Shown: positions 1-7,694 of the stretch, in pieces
Numbering within the stretch: the first letter of the stretch is position 1
Layout of the letters: each line of letters opens with the position of its first letter
Assembly (NCBI GenBank): GCA_017513085.1
Contig: JAFWDK010000030.1
Span: 1-12,603, forward strand
DNA from: Clostridiales bacterium
GTDB taxonomy: Bacteria; Bacillota; Clostridia; Saccharofermentanales; Saccharofermentanaceae
Direction of reading: 5' to 3'
Length of the DNA stretch: 12,603 nt
Program-made: the position numbers and the translations under genes
The notes under the pieces: generated by a model
What the model was told of the DNA's origin: nothing
Databases searched by the model: none
What the model saw: the letters and a program-made list of their open reading frames with translations, nothing else

Positions 1-1
1 A

Positions 2-145
2 CCTGCTTCCGATGAGGTTACATACTGGGCCGGTCAGATCAAGAGCGGCAAGATGACACGTAGAGCAGTACTCGTATTCTTCGGTTCCTGTGATGAGTTC
101 ACAGCAATCTGTGCGAAGTACGGTATCGATCGCGGAAACATCTGA
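2..145 (+). CDS. 3' end (partial) of a DUF4214-type surface protein
   Basis: Frame +2 translates to PASDEVTYWAGQIKSGKMTRRAVLVFFGSCDEFTAICAKYGIDRGNI* with TGA at 143-145. This aligns by eye with the C-terminus of the next gene (PEIAGLVYWTGRLNSGLSREDVLNEFSFSTEFANICKDYGIDRI). A terminator follows. Confidence 0.85.
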   Translation, partial: PASDEVTYWAGQIKSGKMTRRAVLVFFGSCDEFTAICAKYGIDRGNI

Positions 146-185
146 TCCGGGTTTCGATTCTTCGTCGAAAAACTAACAAATCTTT

Positions 186-219
186 CGAGGGTGGTTTCAG
201 AAGAAACCACCCTCGTTTT
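186..219 (+). terminator. Rho-independent terminator
   Basis: Perfect 13-bp stem CGAGGGTGGTTTC (186-198) / GAAACCACCCTCG (203-215), AGAA loop, followed by TTTT. Confidence 0.9.
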
Positions 220-265
220 ATTACAGAATAGTTATTTTCAGCGGGAGTCAAATACAAATACCACA

Positions 266-274
266 TGCTATAAT
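266..274 (+). promoter_or_regulatory. Extended -10 sigma-A promoter for the LRR/DUF4214 gene
   Basis: TGcTATAAT lies between the terminator and the SD-like GAAAGCAGGTG (296-306). No clear -35. Confidence 0.6.
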
Positions 275-315
275 GTGGAAGAAAGCAAATTTCGTGAAAG
301 CAGGTGTGCATGAAT

Positions 316-1896
316 ATGAATAAACGGGTGCGAGCAATTGCATTGACCATGACAATAGGTATGGTGTTAGGAGTCCGGATATTGCCGGACGGGGTCAATC
401 GGGCTTCGGAAATTCTGAGACAAGAGGAGCAGACAGATTTGGTTGTTTCGGATGAAGGATATGACCCGTTTGCTTTTATTGTGATCGACGAGAGTACTTT
501 TCCTGACGAAGCATTCCGGGAATGTGTGAAAGACTATGACTTGAATCACGATGGAAAACTCTACCAGAGTGAGCTGGATAGTGTTACTGAAATGGACCTG
601 GATGAGAAGGGGATCGCTTCGCTGGAAGGAATCGGGAATTTTACGAATCTGTCTTCCTTGAAATGTGCCAGGAACGCTTTAACGACTCTTGATCTGAGTG
701 AGAATAAACAGTTGGCTTATCTGTACTGTCAGTCAAACCAACTAACTTCTCTGAATATTGAAAAGAATACGGGACTTGTGATCCTCTATTGCGGAGATAA
801 CCAGTTGACGTCCCTTGATGTCAGCCATACTTCGATGCTGAAATACCTTTCCTGCCAGCGCAATCAGATTCCGGAGCTTGATCTGGAATTCGCCAAAGGC
901 CTTATGGATCTGCAGTGCTTCGAGAACAGGATCACGTCTTTGAATGTCAGCCGTAGTAGTGATCTGGCTGTTTTAAAGTGTTATGGAAATTCGATAACCG
1001 ATTTGAAGATAGGATCCAGCACCAAGATTGCCAAGACGATCCGCAACGCAACACCCAAGCAGAAGCCGATCGATGGATTTGATGTCCGTTATTATGAACA
1101 GAGCGGCATTAAGTTCTACTACGATGCCAGCGTACCGGAAGTGCAGTTTACCGGAACGTCTTTTGCCGATTTTATCGAACGTCTGTATGTCGTGGCGCTG
1201 AACCGTGCTTCTGATGAATCCGGAAAAGAATACTGGATGAACAAAGTTATGAATGCAGGCTATACAGGAGCCGATTGCGCACGTTTCTTCCTGATCGATT
1301 CCGGCGAATTCGCGGCACGCGGACTTTCCAATGAACAATTTGTTGAAGTGCTTTATCAGACGTTCTTTGATCGTGGATCGGATCAGAACGGTAAAAATTA
1401 CTGGATGACCAAGTTGAGTAACGGCGTATCGCGGAGCACGATCGTGAACGGCTTCATTAACTCGACGGAATGGTGCAACTTATGTGCAGTGTATGGAGTC
1501 AAGCCGGGAGCATCCGGCGGATTTGCCGCAAACAAGCCATCACGCAGTGCGACAAGATTTGCTACGCGTCTTTATGAGCAATGCCTGGGCCGTGCGCCGG
1601 AAGAAGACGGACTTCTGTACTGGAGCATGCAGCTGACGAACCGCAAAGTTTCCGGATCCTGGGCGGCCAAGTCTTTCTTCATGCTGCCGGAGTTCGTAAA
1701 CAAGAATCTTTCGAATGAAGACTTCGTCACTTGTGTGTATCGTACATATATGGGACGTGAACCGGAGATCGCAGGTCTGGTGTACTGGACCGGTCGTCTG
1801 AATTCCGGTCTTTCCCGGGAAGACGTACTGAACGAATTCTCGTTTTCTACGGAGTTTGCCAATATTTGTAAGGATTACGGTATCGACAGGATCTAA
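316..1896 (+). CDS. Exported leucine-rich-repeat protein with EF-hand-like cap and four C-terminal DUF4214-like repeats
   Basis: N-terminal basic + hydrophobic signal-like segment. FPDxxFR cap with loop DLNHDGKLYQSE. 21-aa LRRs of the form LxxLxCxxNxLxxLDL (IRREKO/internalin-J-like). Four repeats of FxxxLYxxxxxRxxDxxGxxYW from about 1162 to the end. The start is uncertain (GTG304, ATG310 or ATG316); ATG316 fits SD spacing best. Confidence 0.85.
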   Translation: MNKRVRAIALTMTIGMVLGVRILPDGVNRASEILRQEEQTDLVVSDEGYDPFAFIVIDESTFPDEAFRECVKDYDLNHDGKLYQSELDSVTEMDLDEKGIASLEGIGNFTNLSSLKCARNALTTLDLSENKQLAYLYCQSNQLTSLNIEKNTGLVILYCGDNQLTSLDVSHTSMLKYLSCQRNQIPELDLEFAKGLMDLQCFENRITSLNVSRSSDLAVLKCYGNSITDLKIGSSTKIAKTIRNATPKQKPIDGFDVRYYEQSGIKFYYDASVPEVQFTGTSFADFIERLYVVALNRASDESGKEYWMNKVMNAGYTGADCARFFLIDSGEFAARGLSNEQFVEVLYQTFFDRGSDQNGKNYWMTKLSNGVSRSTIVNGFINSTEWCNLCAVYGVKPGASGGFAANKPSRSATRFATRLYEQCLGRAPEEDGLLYWSMQLTNRKVSGSWAAKSFFMLPEFVNKNLSNEDFVTCVYRTYMGREPEIAGLVYWTGRLNSGLSREDVLNEFSFSTEFANICKDYGIDRI

Positions 1897-1923
1897 GATT
1901 TGATATCTGTTGTTTCTGGCGCA

Positions 1924-1932
1924 TGATATAAT
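1924..1932 (+). promoter_or_regulatory. Extended -10 sigma-A promoter
   Basis: TGaTATAAT in the 1897-2000 spacer. No properly spaced -35. Confidence 0.55.
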
Positions 1933-2000
1933 GAGCGTATAGGCTGGTTTTCTTTTAGTTCTGTGAGAATTCTCCGGACGATGCTGAAAGGTTGATGATT

Positions 2001-4364
2001 ATGCGCATTTTGAAAAAACTGTCTGCACTTCTTTGTTTATGTCTGATTCTTTCCCCACTGACATACCTCTCTTATGGAAATACGGTCAGAGCGGATGAAG
2101 TTCCTGCTAAGGATGTTGCCTTTGCGGACGAGACGATCCCCGAAACCGGAGACAACGATGTCGAAAGTGTTGATGTCTTTGGCCAGGATGTCTGGCCGGA
2201 AGATATATCGGAAGGGTACCAGCTTTTCTCGCAGGAGTGTGTAACGGCCATCGAAGTGGCTTTTAGAGCACACAACGATTCTGTCGATATTTCTGCTTTT
2301 AATATTCCGTATAACCAGCAGTTATTGTTTGAAGATGTCACGGTATTCATGAAATCTCACCCACTGTTCTTCTACGGAACCATAACCAGCTTTCGATACC
2401 GGGGAAGTCAGCTGATTTCACTGAGTTTCACTTATGAATACAGTAAGGAAGAAGTGGCATCGATGATGCCGGCTTTTGAAGCTGCCGCGAATGAAGCTTT
2501 GTCTCAGGTCCAGTCTTCTATGACGGATTATCAAAAAGCACTGGTCCTTCACGACTGGCTGGCCTACCATGCGGAATACGCGAAAGAAAGACTGGACAAT
2601 GATGCGCTGATTTTCGATGATTATACGGCATATGGTGCTCTTGTAAAGGGAATATGCGTATGCGAAGGTTATTCCATGGCATATATGTATCTTCTGCAAA
2701 AGTGCGGGATCACTTGTTACTATGCTGCCAATGATCAGATCAATCATGCCTGGAACGTGGTAAAGATCGGTTCTTCGTACTATAACGTCGATGTGACCTG
2801 GGATGATCCGACAGAAGACTTGATCGGTCGAGTCCGACACATCTATTTTCTTGTAGATAACGAAACTATGCTTGATAGAAGCCAGGGAGGAAATCCTCAC
2901 TTGCCGCCGGAGAATTTCGATGCCTCAAAACTGACGTCGAAAACGTATGTTAATGGAAAGTGGGTCGATGTCCGTAGCCCAATCACCTACTATAAAGGAA
3001 ACTGGTACTATTCAAAGTGGGCAGACAGTAAATACTGTGCGCTTCTATATAAGACATCGAATATACTGACAACGGAAGGCACGGCTTTCTATACATTCGG
3101 ATCCTCGCTCGGTCAGTGGACGACTACGGGTAACCGCTACTATTCGGGTTCTTTCAGTTATCCTGTCGTTTTCGGTCATTACCTGATCTTTAATACAAAC
3201 CAGAGTATCTGTTATTTTGATCTGGACAATCTTGGATCGACACCTTCCGTAATGTATGGTGCTTCTGAACTTTACGGGGTAAATGTAGCTTCAGGATACT
3301 GTGTCTACGGATGCAAGGTAGATCGCAATTATATCTATTATATAGTCAATACAGAACCGAATAAGACTACGATACGGAATCTGACGAACAAGCTGAAAGG
3401 AAGCATTACGGATACACCTTCGCCGACCAAAAAGGTTACCACTACACCTACACCGACTCCGGTTACGGAAAAGACGGTCGAGATCGGTAAGAGTTTCCAG
3501 TATACTTTGCATGGCTATTCGGCATCCGGTCTGACCTGGTCGATCGGCAATACTTCGATTGCCACAGTCGATGCTAAGGGTGTCGTAACCGGTAAGAGCT
3601 TCGGCAATACATACCTGACTGTAGGCCTGCCGAACGGCACGAAGGTCAAGTGTCTCGTCAAAGTTGTATACCCGGCATTGAAACTTGTATATTCGGAGAA
3701 GACGCTGCACATCAAGCAGTCGTTCCTGTTCTCTGTTTCAAATGCTTACGGCCAGAAGATCACCTGGTCGGTCGGCAATACTTCGGTTGCTACTGTCGAT
3801 ACAAACGGTAAGGTGACAGGTAAGAGTGCGGCCAATACCTACCTTTATGCGAAGAGCGCAGACGGACGTACTGCCAAGTGCCTGCTGAAGATCATTGATC
3901 CGGGCACACTTTCGATCAACTACACAGAGAAGACGGTGTACCTGGGACAGAGCTTCACGTTTACGGCGAGAAACACAGGAATTCTCAAGCCAACCTGGTC
4001 GGTCGGCAATACTGCTGTCGCCAAGGTTGACAGCAATGGTAAGGTAACGCCGTTGAAAGCGGGAAATACGTATCTTTATGTCAAGACAGAAGATGGTCGT
4101 TCTGCCAAGTGCCTGCTCAAGATCGTCGATTCAAGCCAGCTCAGCATAACCTATACGGAGAAGACTATCAAAGTCGGTTCGTCCTTCCAGTTTACAGCGA
4201 AGAACCCGGCCGGACAGACCGTGACCTGGAGAGTAGGAAATACGTCTGTGGCGGTTGTCACTTCGAATGGTAAGGTAACCGGCAGGAAAGCGGGCAACAC
4301 CTGGCTTTATGCCAGTACCCCGGACGGACGTGAGGCAAAGTGCCTTTTGAAGATCGTCGCATAA
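2001..4364 (+). CDS. Secreted transglutaminase-like (Cys-His-Asp) protein with Thr/Pro linker and four Ig-like Big_2 repeats
   Basis: Signal peptide ending VRA-D. Motifs VCEGYS (Cys 2661), HAWN (His 2745) and VDVTWDD (Asp 2790). Linker TPSPTKKVTTTPTPTP. Four repeats of about 77 aa, TWSVGNTSVATVDxxGKVTG...AKCLLKI. SD GAAAGG at 1986-1991; alternative starts at 1992 and 1995. Confidence 0.88.
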   Translation: MRILKKLSALLCLCLILSPLTYLSYGNTVRADEVPAKDVAFADETIPETGDNDVESVDVFGQDVWPEDISEGYQLFSQECVTAIEVAFRAHNDSVDISAFNIPYNQQLLFEDVTVFMKSHPLFFYGTITSFRYRGSQLISLSFTYEYSKEEVASMMPAFEAAANEALSQVQSSMTDYQKALVLHDWLAYHAEYAKERLDNDALIFDDYTAYGALVKGICVCEGYSMAYMYLLQKCGITCYYAANDQINHAWNVVKIGSSYYNVDVTWDDPTEDLIGRVRHIYFLVDNETMLDRSQGGNPHLPPENFDASKLTSKTYVNGKWVDVRSPITYYKGNWYYSKWADSKYCALLYKTSNILTTEGTAFYTFGSSLGQWTTTGNRYYSGSFSYPVVFGHYLIFNTNQSICYFDLDNLGSTPSVMYGASELYGVNVASGYCVYGCKVDRNYIYYIVNTEPNKTTIRNLTNKLKGSITDTPSPTKKVTTTPTPTPVTEKTVEIGKSFQYTLHGYSASGLTWSIGNTSIATVDAKGVVTGKSFGNTYLTVGLPNGTKVKCLVKVVYPALKLVYSEKTLHIKQSFLFSVSNAYGQKITWSVGNTSVATVDTNGKVTGKSAANTYLYAKSADGRTAKCLLKIIDPGTLSINYTEKTVYLGQSFTFTARNTGILKPTWSVGNTAVAKVDSNGKVTPLKAGNTYLYVKTEDGRSAKCLLKIVDSSQLSITYTEKTIKVGSSFQFTAKNPAGQTVTWRVGNTSVAVVTSNGKVTGRKAGNTWLYASTPDGREAKCLLKIVA
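3465..4361 (+). repeat. Four tandem intragenic Ig-like domain repeats
   Basis: The anchor ACCTGG (Thr-Trp) occurs at 3534, 3762, 3993 and 4224 (periods 228, 231, 231 nt). ACCTGGTCGGTCGGCAATACT is identical in units 2 and 3. Confidence 0.85.
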
Positions 4365-4433
4365 GTGGTAATATGAACTCGTCGGAGCAGGTTGCCCGGC
4401 AGATCAATCTATAATGGAAAAGGTGAGAAGAAT

Positions 4434-5168
4434 ATGTCATTTTGGGATATTATTTACTATTACGGGTATTTCATTGGAATTATCCTGATGTTCGTAAGTA
4501 TGATCATCAGCGCGTATTGCAAGAGTTCTTTTAAAAAATTCAGTCAAAGAATGTCCAGTAAGGGCATTACGGCGGACCAGGTGGCCAGATATATTCTGGA
4601 TGCTTACGGCGTAGGCAATACCGTGACGATCAAACCCATCAGCGGTAGTCTTACTGATAACTTTAATCCGAAAGATCTTACGGTGAATCTTTCCGAATCG
4701 GTATATGGCAATTCTTCCATCGCTGCAATCGGAGTTGCTGCCCATGAATGTGGACATGCTATCCAGCACCATGTGGGTTTTGTCCCGAACAAGATCCGTG
4801 CGGCACTGGTCCCGGCGGCGAATATCGGTTCCCGCTTCGGTGTCCTTCTGGCCATGGTAGGTCTGATCCTAATGGGCGTGGTCGAATATAATGGAACAGA
4901 CAGCACGATCGGCGTGACCATAACGTACATTGGTATCTTTATGTTCTCGTTTGCAGTGCTTTTCTATCTGGTAACATTGCCGGTAGAGTTTGATGCTTCC
5001 CGCCGTGCGCTGAAGATCCTGAAGCAGGACCAGATCCTGGTGGGAGAGGAAATGAGTGGCGCACGTACCGTTCTCACTGCTGCGGCCATGACATATGTAG
5101 CGGCAGCGGCTTCGGCGATCCTGACACTTCTCCGCCTGATCTCTTATATGATGAGAAGAAGAAACTGA
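4434..5168 (+). CDS. YugP-like putative neutral zinc metallopeptidase (membrane)
   Basis: HExxH motif in AAHECGHAIQH, plus TLPVEFDASRRA, VLTAAAMTYVAAA and several hydrophobic segments, typical of the Zn_peptidase_2/YugP family. SD AAAGGTGA at 4419-4426 supports ATG4434 over TTG4392. Confidence 0.9.
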   Translation: MSFWDIIYYYGYFIGIILMFVSMIISAYCKSSFKKFSQRMSSKGITADQVARYILDAYGVGNTVTIKPISGSLTDNFNPKDLTVNLSESVYGNSSIAAIGVAAHECGHAIQHHVGFVPNKIRAALVPAANIGSRFGVLLAMVGLILMGVVEYNGTDSTIGVTITYIGIFMFSFAVLFYLVTLPVEFDASRRALKILKQDQILVGEEMSGARTVLTAAAMTYVAAAASAILTLLRLISYMMRRRN

Positions 5169-5200
5169 AACTTGTTCAGTAACAACAAACAGCAGAAACA

Positions 5201-5275
5201 GGGGCTGTCTCTAAAACTGAAGTGAACACGGAAGCATATATACTCCAGATGTCCGCTTCAGGAAGAGGCAGCTTC
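5201..5275. repeat. Long imperfect inverted repeat, possibly acting as the terminator of the peptidase gene
   Basis: GGGGCTGTCTCT (5201-5212) pairs with AGAGGCAGCTTC (5264-5275). CTGAAGTGAACA (5217-5228) pairs with TGTCCGCTTCAG (5250-5261) with one mismatch. It is followed by ATCTTT. Confidence 0.75.
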
Positions 5276-5325
5276 ATCTTTATGGACTACTCTCTGGAAA
5301 TTAGGAAGATTACACTACCAGCATG

Positions 5326-5355
5326 TTGACTTATTCACTGATTAGGAAGTAAAAT
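5326..5355 (+). promoter_or_regulatory. sigma-A promoter of tyrS
   Basis: TTGACT (5326-5331)-N18-TAAAAT (5350-5355). SD AGGAGG at 5392-5397. Confidence 0.7.
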
Positions 5356-5402
5356 CAGTAGGCTTGCCCGAGGCAGGCGAAATAATTATATAGGAGGAAA
5401 TA

Positions 5403-6650
5403 ATGATGTCCGAAGAAACGTACCAAAATGTATTTGATGTGTTGGAGGCACGTGGTTATGTAGCCCAGACGACGCATCGTGAAGAAATCTACAATCTACT
5501 TAGCAAGCCGGGTGTCACCTTCTATATAGGCTTTGACCCGACCGCAGACAGCCTGCACGTAGGCCATTTTGTTCAGATGATGGTTATGAGCCACATGCAG
5601 AAGGCCGGACACCGTCCGATCGCCCTGATGGGTGGCGGTACCGGTATGATCGGCGACCCGACAGGCCGTTCCGATATGCGTCAGATGCTGACCAGAGAGA
5701 CGATCGACCATAACGTTGAGTGCTTCAAGAAGCAGATGGGCAAAGTCGTAGACTTTTCCGATGGCAAAGCACTGATCGTCAACAATGGTGACTGGCTCCT
5801 GCCGCTGAATTACATTGAGTTCCTGAGAGATGTAGGACCACACTTCTCCGTAAACCGCATGCTCACCTTCGAGTGCTACAAGCAGCGTCTGGAGAGAGGT
5901 CTTTCCTTCCTTGAGTTCAACTACATGCTGCTGCAGAGCTACGACTTCCTGTACCTGTACCAGAAATACAACTGCCAGCTCGAGCTCGGTGGTGACGATC
6001 AGTGGTCCAATATCCTGGGTGGCGTAGAACTGATCCGTAGAAAAGAACAGGGCGAGGCTTTCGGCCTGACATTCACACTTCTTACCAACAGTGAAGGCAA
6101 GAAGATGGGTAAAACGGCTAAGGGTGCAGTATGGCTCGATCCGAACAAGACCACACCTTTCGATTTCTACCAGTATTGGAGAAACGTCGAGGATGCCGAT
6201 GTTATCAAGTGCCTGAAGCTCCTTACGTTCGTATCGCTTGAAGAGATCGATGAATACGCTAAGCTGACTGATGCAGCGATCAACGAAGCTAAAAAGAGAC
6301 TCGCATTTGAAGTTACCAAGATCGTTCACGGTGAAGAAACAGCGCTGGCTGTGAAGAAGCAGGCAGAAGATCTTTTCGAGAAGGGCGGACGTTCCGACGA
6401 TATGGCGACAACAGCCATTGCTGCTGACCGCCTTGCCGGCGACGGATTGTCTCTACTGGATCTTCTCGTTGAGACCAAGCTTACACCTTCCAAGGGTGAG
6501 GCGCGCCGCATGATCCAAGGCAAGGGCATCTACCTCAACGATGTTGCAGTCGAGGATGTGTACTATATGCTGACAGAAAAAGATTTCAATAACGGTGAGG
6601 CGTTCCTGAGAAAAGGAAAGAAAGTGCACCACCGTCTGACCATCGGTTGA
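5403..6650 (+). CDS. tyrS: Tyrosine--tRNA ligase
   Basis: [15 protein letters not shown] (HIGH-like motif), [21 protein letters not shown] (KMSKS-like motif), and a C-terminal S4-like domain ([17 protein letters not shown]...RKGKK). The start could be ATG5406. Confidence 0.97.
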   Translation: MMSEETYQNVFDVLEARGYVAQTTHREEIYNLLSKPGVTFYIGFDPTADSLHVGHFVQMMVMSHMQKAGHRPIALMGGGTGMIGDPTGRSDMRQMLTRETIDHNVECFKKQMGKVVDFSDGKALIVNNGDWLLPLNYIEFLRDVGPHFSVNRMLTFECYKQRLERGLSFLEFNYMLLQSYDFLYLYQKYNCQLELGGDDQWSNILGGVELIRRKEQGEAFGLTFTLLTNSEGKKMGKTAKGAVWLDPNKTTPFDFYQYWRNVEDADVIKCLKLLTFVSLEEIDEYAKLTDAAINEAKKRLAFEVTKIVHGEETALAVKKQAEDLFEKGGRSDDMATTAIAADRLAGDGLSLLDLLVETKLTPSKGEARRMIQGKGIYLNDVAVEDVYYMLTEKDFNNGEAFLRKGKKVHHRLTIG

Positions 6651-6687
6651 TCAGCTGCCAGAAGCTCCAGAAAACACTGAAAATACG

Positions 6688-6724
6688 AGTGCCCCGAAGG
6701 AAATATACCTTTGGGGCACTTCTT
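6688..6724 (+). terminator. Rho-independent terminator of tyrS
   Basis: 13-bp stem AGTGCCCCGAAGG (6688-6700) / CCTTTGGGGCACT (6708-6720) with one G-U pair, followed by TCTT. Confidence 0.85.
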
Positions 6725-6779
6725 GTGTTACAATCCTAGTAGCAAGTAATTAGTAAGGTAAGGAAGGATCTCCGGCAGA

Positions 6780-7559
6780 ATGAAGATTTGTCGTTTTTGT
6801 CAACATAGTCAGGAAACAGGCGATTACTGTGAAGCGTGCAATGCTCCTTTTCCCGCAGATAAACTCGACTTTTCAAACTCCTCGGATATACTACAGCCCG
6901 ACTCTGCCCGAACCGTATCGGATGATGCACAAGCAGTGGCGCCTGAGCAGACTTCTGAAGTTTCAAGTCGACCGGCAGAGCAAGTGGAGACACCAAGGCA
7001 GGTAGAGACTGTTGTAGAAAAAGCGGAAGCCCCCAATAAAGAAAAACGGACCGGGAAATCCCGGATGAAAGATCCGCTGGAGCTTGATGAGGACGATGAT
7101 TCCTGGGATCCGACTCAGCCTGGTCGGAAAAAAATCTTATACTCTGCCAAGGCGGCGGGAGATACAGTATTCGTAGGCAAGAAGCTTTCCACACCCTCTT
7201 CAGGCAATGGTCTGACCAAGTCTCAAACAAAATCCGGAAAAACAGAAAAAACTGTTGCCCCGGCCAATAAGCAGCCTGAAGTCTTGAGAAAGTACAATGG
7301 AAAGAGATATTCCGGAGAATTCAGTTTTGCGTTGATTTCGCTTATCTTTAACTCGGTAGCCATGTTGTTTACCTGCGGAACAGGACTTCTTGGTTTTTTG
7401 CTTTCGCTCTATGCACTAATAAAGGGAAGCAAACTAAAGAAAGGCGCAGATCCGGATCCGGTTTCGACAGCGTCTAAAGTGAAGATCTTCGCAGCGATCG
7501 CCGATGGACTTAATGCGATTTGGCTGATTATCGTGCTATACTTTATGTTCTCCGTCTGA
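6780..7559 (+). CDS. Hypothetical membrane protein: N-terminal zinc ribbon, disordered linker, C-terminal hydrophobic helices
   Basis: CRFC-x9-CEAC at the N-terminus, a long charged low-complexity middle, and two hydrophobic stretches (FALISLIF...LYALI and IFAAIA...YFMFSV). Purine-rich AAGGAAGG upstream. Confidence 0.75.
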   Translation: MKICRFCQHSQETGDYCEACNAPFPADKLDFSNSSDILQPDSARTVSDDAQAVAPEQTSEVSSRPAEQVETPRQVETVVEKAEAPNKEKRTGKSRMKDPLELDEDDDSWDPTQPGRKKILYSAKAAGDTVFVGKKLSTPSSGNGLTKSQTKSGKTEKTVAPANKQPEVLRKYNGKRYSGEFSFALISLIFNSVAMLFTCGTGLLGFLLSLYALIKGSKLKKGADPDPVSTASKVKIFAAIADGLNAIWLIIVLYFMFSV

Positions 7560-7587
7560 TTTTTTTACAGGAGTCGAAAATTTCCTG

Positions 7588-7616
7588 TTTACAAGGTGGA
7601 AATACGGTGATATACT
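7588..7616 (+). promoter_or_regulatory. sigma-A promoter of the str operon
   Basis: TTTACA (7588-7593)-N17-TATACT (7611-7616), with extended TG at 7608-7609. Confidence 0.75.
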
Positions 7617-7694
7617 AAATTGCCCGACAAAACGGGGCTTTCTTTTTGTGCGCCGTTTTCTCGAGACACTATAATTATGAAAGGAGATGTATTG

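Noticed and set aside
186-198. AGGGTGGTTTC resembling a T-box motif
   Set aside because: It is one arm of a perfect terminator stem right after a stop codon, lacks the ACC continuation and stem I, and does not precede an amino-acid-related gene.
4392-4433. ORF-track N-terminal extensions (TTG4392 for the peptidase, TTG7620 for rpsL)
   Set aside because: SD positions and family N-termini support ATG4434 and ATG7695.
99-4930. Assorted short minus-strand or alternate-frame ORFs overlapping the surface-protein and peptidase genes
   Set aside because: They overlap well-supported + strand genes or terminators and show no recognisable motifs.
5164-5180. Small hairpins overlapping stop codons (ACTGAA/TTCAGT here, ATCGA/TCGAT at the tuf stop)
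   Set aside because: Stems of only 5-6 bp are expected by chance, and there is no evidence for readthrough or recoding.
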